In this document: piece after piece, positions 58,701-64,000 of the stretch
Position numbering within the stretch: the first letter of the stretch is position 1
Layout: every line of letters begins with the position of its first letter
DNA from: the human T2T-CHM13v2.0 reference genome, Homo sapiens
Length of the DNA stretch: 64,000 nucleotides
Direction: 5' to 3' (one strand)
NCBI RefSeq assembly: GCF_009914755.1
Contig: NC_060947.1
Translations under genes and position numbers: made by a program
Notes under the pieces: model-generated
What the model was told of the DNA's origin: nothing
Database searches by the model: none
The model's input: only the letters and a program-made list of their open reading frames with translations

Positions 58701-59722
58701 GCAAAAAGACAGCCATGTAGGAAGTGGCCCTTGCCAGACACTGAATATGCCAGTGCCTGGATGCTGGAATTTCCAGCCTTTAGAACTGTGAGAAATTTTT
58801 GTTTATAAGCAACACAGTTTTTTGCTATTGTTGTTACAGCAGCCTGAATGGACTAAGACAACTTCCTGGTTAGTAATGACTTTGTTGTACCCAAAAGTTT
58901 TGGTATGTTGTATTTTCATTTTCATTTGTCTCAAAGTATTTCCTAATGTTTCTTTTGATTTCTTCATTGACCCATTGATTGTTCAAATGTGTATTGTTTA
59001 ACTTTCACATATTTTTAAATTTTCCAGTTTTTCTTCTGCTATTGATTTCATTCCCTTGTGATAAATACAGATTCTTGGTACGACTTTAATTTTCTTAAAT
59101 TTGTTAAGACTTATTTTATGACTTAACATGTGATCTTTTCTGGAGAATATCTGATCCTCTGGACAATGATATATATTCTGCTGGTGTTGGGTGAAATGTT
59201 CTATATGTGTCTATGAAGTCCATTTGGTCTACAGTTTTGGTCAAATCTGCTGTTTCTTTGCTGATTTTTTGTCTAACCCTAACCCTAATCCCTATCCATT
59301 ACTGAAAGTAGGATATTGAAGTCCCCTACTACTGTAATATTATGGTATTGCTATCCATTTCTCCCCTCAGTTCTGTCAATGTTTTCTTAATATATTTAGG
59401 TGACCTGATGTTGGATGTATATAAATTTATATTGTTATGTCTTGCTGGTGAATTGACCCCTTTTTTATTATATAATGCCCATCTTCATCTCTTGTGACAG
59501 TTTTGACTTAAAGTCTATTTTGTCTGATAGCCATTCCTGCTCTCTTTTGGTTGATCTTTACATAAAATATCTTTCACTATCTCTTCACTTTCAGGTTGTG
59601 TGTCCTTAAATCAGAAATGAGTTTCGTGTAGACAGCATACAGTTAGATTTTATTTGTTAATCTTTTCAACCATTCTATATCTTTGGATTGAGAATTTTAA
59701 GTCATTTACACATAAAGTAATT
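55785..59722 (-). mobile_element. L1MA9-like element (3'UTR and ORF2), interrupted by an LTR
   Basis: agaacacttaacatgagatctaccctcaacaaatttttaagtgtacaat...gcagatctctggaatttattcatcttg. Confidence 0.85.
58505..58860 (+). mobile_element. MaLR solo LTR (MLT1A0/MSTD-like)
   Basis: tgctatggtctgaatgtttg...gcagcctgaatggactaagaca; 5-bp TSD agttc / acttc. Confidence 0.9.
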
Positions 59723-61506
59723 ATTATTATTATTTATTTCCATAGGTTATTGGGGAACACGTGGCGTTTGGTTACATAAGTTCTTTAGTGGTGATTTGTG
59801 AGATTTTGGTGCACCCATCACCCGAGCAGTATATACTGCACACTATTTGTAGTCTTCTATCCCTCACCCTCTTCTTACCCTTTCCCCGAGTCCCCAAAGT
59901 CCATTGTGTCATTCTTATGCCTTTTCATCCTCATAGCTTAGCTCCCACTTATGAGTGAGAACATACGATGTTTGATTTTCCATTCCTGAGTTACTTCACT
60001 TAGAATAATAGTCTCCAATCTCATCCAGGTCACTACAAATGCCATCAATTCATTCTTTTTTATGACTGAGTAGTATTCCGACATATACATATATATATAT
60101 ATATATGTCATATATATATGTCATATATATGTCATATATATGTCATATATATGTCATATATATGTCATATATATGTCATATATATGTCATATATATGTCA
60201 TATATATGTCATATATATGTCATATATATGTGTCATATATATGTCATATATATGTGTCATATATATGTCATATATATGTGTCATATATATGTCATATATA
60301 TGTCATATATATGTCATATATATGTCATATATATGTCATATATATGTCATATATATGTCATATATATATATGTATGTATACATACACACCATAGTTTCTT
60401 TGTACACTCATTGATTGATAGGCATTTGGGTTGGTTTCACATTTTTGCAACTGTAAATTGTGCTGCTGTAAACGTGTGTCCAAGTATCTTTTTCATATAA
60501 TGACTTCTTTTCCTCTGGGTAAATACCCAGTAGTGGGATTGCTGGATCAAATGGTAGTTCTAGTTTTAGTTCTTTAAGGAATCTTCACACTGTTTTCCAT
60601 AGAGGTTGTACTAGTTTACATTCCCACCAGCAGTGCAGAAGTGTTCCCTGTTCACCGAAGCCATGCCAACATCCACTATTTTTAAATTTTTTGATTATGG
60701 CCACTCTTGCAGGAGTAAGGTGGTATCACATTGTGGTTTTCATTTGCATTTCCCTGATCATTAGTGATGTTAAGCATTTTTTCACGTTTGTTGGCCATTT
60801 GTATATCTTCCTTTGAGAATTGTCTATTCATGTCCTCAGCCCATTTTTTGATGGGATTGTTTATTTTTTCTTGTTGATTTGAGCTCATTGTACATTCTGG
60901 ATATTAATCCTTTGTCAGATGTATAGATTGTGAAGATTTTTTTCCCACTCTTTGGGTTGTCTGTTTACTCTGTTGACTGTTTCTTTTGCCATGCAAAAGC
61001 TGTTTAGTTTACTTAAGTCCCAGCAATTTATCTTTGTTTTTATTGCATTTGCTTTTGGGCTCTTTGTCATAAAATCCTTGCCTAAGCCAATGTCTAGAAG
61101 AGTTTTTCCAATGCTAACGTCTATAATTTTTGTAGTTTCAGGTCTTAGATTTAAGTCCTTAATCCATCTTGAGTTGATTTTTATTTCAGGTGACAGATGA
61201 GGATCCAGTTTCACGCTCCTACATGTGGCTTGCCAATTATACCAGCAGCATTTGTTGAAGAGGGTGTCCTTTCCCCACTTTGTATTTTTGTTTGCTTTGT
61301 CAAAGATCAGTTGGCTGTAAGTATTTGGGTTTATTTCTGGGTTCTCTATTCTGTTCCATTGGTCTGTGTGCCTATTTTTATATCAGTACCATGCTGTTTT
61401 GGTGACTATGGCCTTATAGTATAGTTTGAAATCAGGTAATTTGATGCCTCCAGATTTGTTCTCTTTGCTTAGTCTTCCTTTGGCTATGGAGGTTCTTTTA
61501 TGGTTC
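59723..61506 (-). mobile_element. 5'-truncated L1PB1-like element
   Basis: ccataggttattggggaac..agttctttagtggtgatttgtgagattttggtgcacccatcacccgagcag. Confidence 0.88.
60082..60385. repeat. Minisatellite (GTCATATATAT)n with 13-bp variant units
   Basis: Directly visible; source of the three repetitive ORFs at 60105-60500. Confidence 0.95.
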
Positions 61507-61519
61507 TTCTCCAGAACTC

Positions 61520-63850
61520 TTCTCCAGCTCATTCTATGAGGCCAGCATTATCCTGATACCAAAACATGACAGAGTCACAACAAAAAAAGAAAACTTCAGG
61601 CCAATATCTTTGATGAACATAGATGTGAAAATCCTCAACAAAATACTAGCATGTTAAAAAACCTTCAACAAATAAGGCATTGAAAGAATATACCTCAAGC
61701 TAATAAGAGCCATCTATGACAAACCCATAGCCAAAATCATATTAGATGAGCAAAAGCTGGAAGCCTTCCCTTTGAGAACCAGAAGAAGACAAGAATCCCC
61801 ATTCTCACCACTCCTATTCAACATAATACTGGAAGTCCTAGCCAGATCAATCAAGAAAGAGAAAGAAATAAAAGGCATCCAGATACGAAAAAAGAAGTCA
61901 AACTATCTCTGTTTGCAGACAATATAATTCTATACCTGGAAAACCCCATGGTCTCTGCCCAAAACTTTCTGATAACTTCAGCAAAGTTTTGGGATACACA
62001 TCAATGTACAAAAATCAGTAGCATTTCTATACACAAACAGCATCCAAGCTGAGAGCCAAATAAAAAATGCAGTCACACTCACAAAAGCCACAAGAAGATT
62101 AAAATACCTCAGAAAACAGCTAACCAGGGGTTGAAAGATCTCTACAATGAGAATTACAAAACATTGCTGAAAGAAATCAGAGATGACACAAATGGAAAAA
62201 TATTCCATGCTCATGTACTGAAAGAATCAACATCATTAAAATGGCTATACTGCTCAAAGCAATTTACACATTGAATGCTATTCCTATCAAACTGCCAATG
62301 GCATTCTTCACAGAATTAGAAAAAATTATTTTAAAATTTGTGTGGAACCAAAAAGGAGCCCAAATAGCCAAAAATAACCAAAGCAATCATAAGGTGGGGG
62401 GAAGCTGGAAGGATCACATTTCCCATCTTCAAACAATACTAAAAGGCTACAGTAAACAAAAAAGCATGGTACTGTACAAAAACAGACACACAGACTAATA
62501 GAACAGAACAGAGAGCCAGAAATAAAGCTATGCACCTACAACTGACGGATCTTTGACAAAGTCGACCAAAACAAGCAACGGGGAAAGGACTTCCTATTAA
62601 ATAAATGGTGCTGGGATAACCAGCCAGCCATATATAAAAGATTGAAAGTGGACTGTTTCCTTATACCATTTACAAAAGTCATCTCAAGTTAGATTAAAAA
62701 AGTAAATATAAAACCTAAAAATATAAAAAGAAACACTGGAAGATAATCTGGGAAATACCATTCTGGACATAGGCCTTTGCGAAGGTTTTATAATGATATC
62801 TCCAAAAGCCACTGCAACCAAAACAAAAATTGACAAATGAGATCTAATTAAACTAAAGATTTTCTGCACAGCTAAAGAAACTATCAACAGAGTAAACAGA
62901 CAACCCACAGAATGGGAGAAATATTTGCAAACTGTGCATCTGACAAAGGCCTAATATACAGAAACTCTAAGGAACTTAAATTGATAAGCAAAAAGCAAAC
63001 AACTTTAAAAAAGTGGACAGAGGACATTAACAAACACTTTTCAAAAGAAGACATATGCATGGCCAACAAGCGTATGAAAAAATGCTCAACATCACTATTC
63101 ATTAGAGAAATGCAAATTAAAGCCACAATGAGAAACCATCTCATACCAGTCAGAATGGATATTATTAAAAAGTCAAACAATTATAGATGCTCGCAAGGTT
63201 GTGGAAAAATGATCACTTATACACTACTGGTGGTAATATAAATTAGTTTAACCATTGTAGAAAGCATTTTGGTGATTTTTCAAGGAACTTAAAATAGAAC
63301 TACCATTTATCCCAGCAATCCTATTAAATCCCATTATTGGGTACATACCCAGAGGAATATAAATAATTCTACCATAACAACATATGCACGTGTATGTTTA
63401 TCACAGCACTATTCACGATAGCAAAGGTGTAGAATCAACCTAGATGCCCATGAGTGGTGGACCGGATAAAGGAAATGTGGTACATATACACCATGGAATA
63501 CTATGCAGCCATACAAAAGAACACAATTATGTACATTGCAGCAACATGGATGCAGCTGGAGGTCATTCTCCTAAGCAAACTAACATAGGAGCAGAAACCG
63601 AGTATCACATGTTCTCACTTGTAAAAGGGAGCTAAACATTAGGTACACATGGACACACAGAAGGGAACAACAGATACTGGGGGCTCCTTGAGGATGGAGG
63701 ATCAAAAAAGTACCTATTGGGCACTATGTTTATTACATGGGCAATAAAATAATCTGTTCACCAAACCCCCATAACATGAAATTTACTTATATACAAACCT
63801 GCACGTATGCCCCTGAATCTAAAATAAATGTAGAAAGAAAGCAAAATAGT
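61520..63850 (+). mobile_element. 5'-truncated L1PA13-16-like element with an internal deletion at about 61650
   Basis: ctcattctatgaggccagc..., ctgtttgcagacaatat, 3'UTR ending aacctgcacgtatgcccctgaatctaaaataaa. Confidence 0.87.
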
Positions 63851-64000
63851 GAAAATAAAAAGAAAAACAAATAAATAAATAAACTTACAAATAAAGGCAG
63901 ATCTTTAGAATAAATTACCAGCAACAACACAATAATTGGTTATGGGCAAGTAGAGTTGATTCCAGGAATTTTAAGCTTTTTAAAATCAGGTAAGATATCA

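Noticed and set aside
60082-60385. Possible CRISPR-like array
   Set aside because: Tandem units without unique spacers, in primate DNA with no cas genes
60105-60500. ORFs with MSYICHIYVIY repeats
   Set aside because: Translation of an 11-bp minisatellite, not a protein

Overview
Primate (probably human or ape) AT-rich, CpG-poor genomic DNA. By my calls roughly four-fifths of it is interspersed repeat, mostly nested and decayed LINE-1 of many ages (HAL1/L1ME/L1MC/L1MB/L1MA/L1PB/L1PA), plus MaLR/ERV LTRs (MLT1, MST, MLT2, MER21), four Alus, MIR/L2, MER5 and one MADE1. I can support no intact protein-coding gene, RNA gene or CRISPR array. Almost every ORF in the track is a broken L1 fragment, its antisense, or a microsatellite artefact. 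Subfamily names come from remembered consensus sequences, and boundaries are approximate unless a TSD is given. I found no convincing new biological system. The most notable signals are (1) a cluster of locally templated insertions, inversions and fold-backs that look like DNA-repair or retrotransposition scars, including a telomere-repeat patch, and (2) two or three candidate minus-strand exons in the non-repetitive islands that could belong to a spliced transcript, probably a lncRNA.
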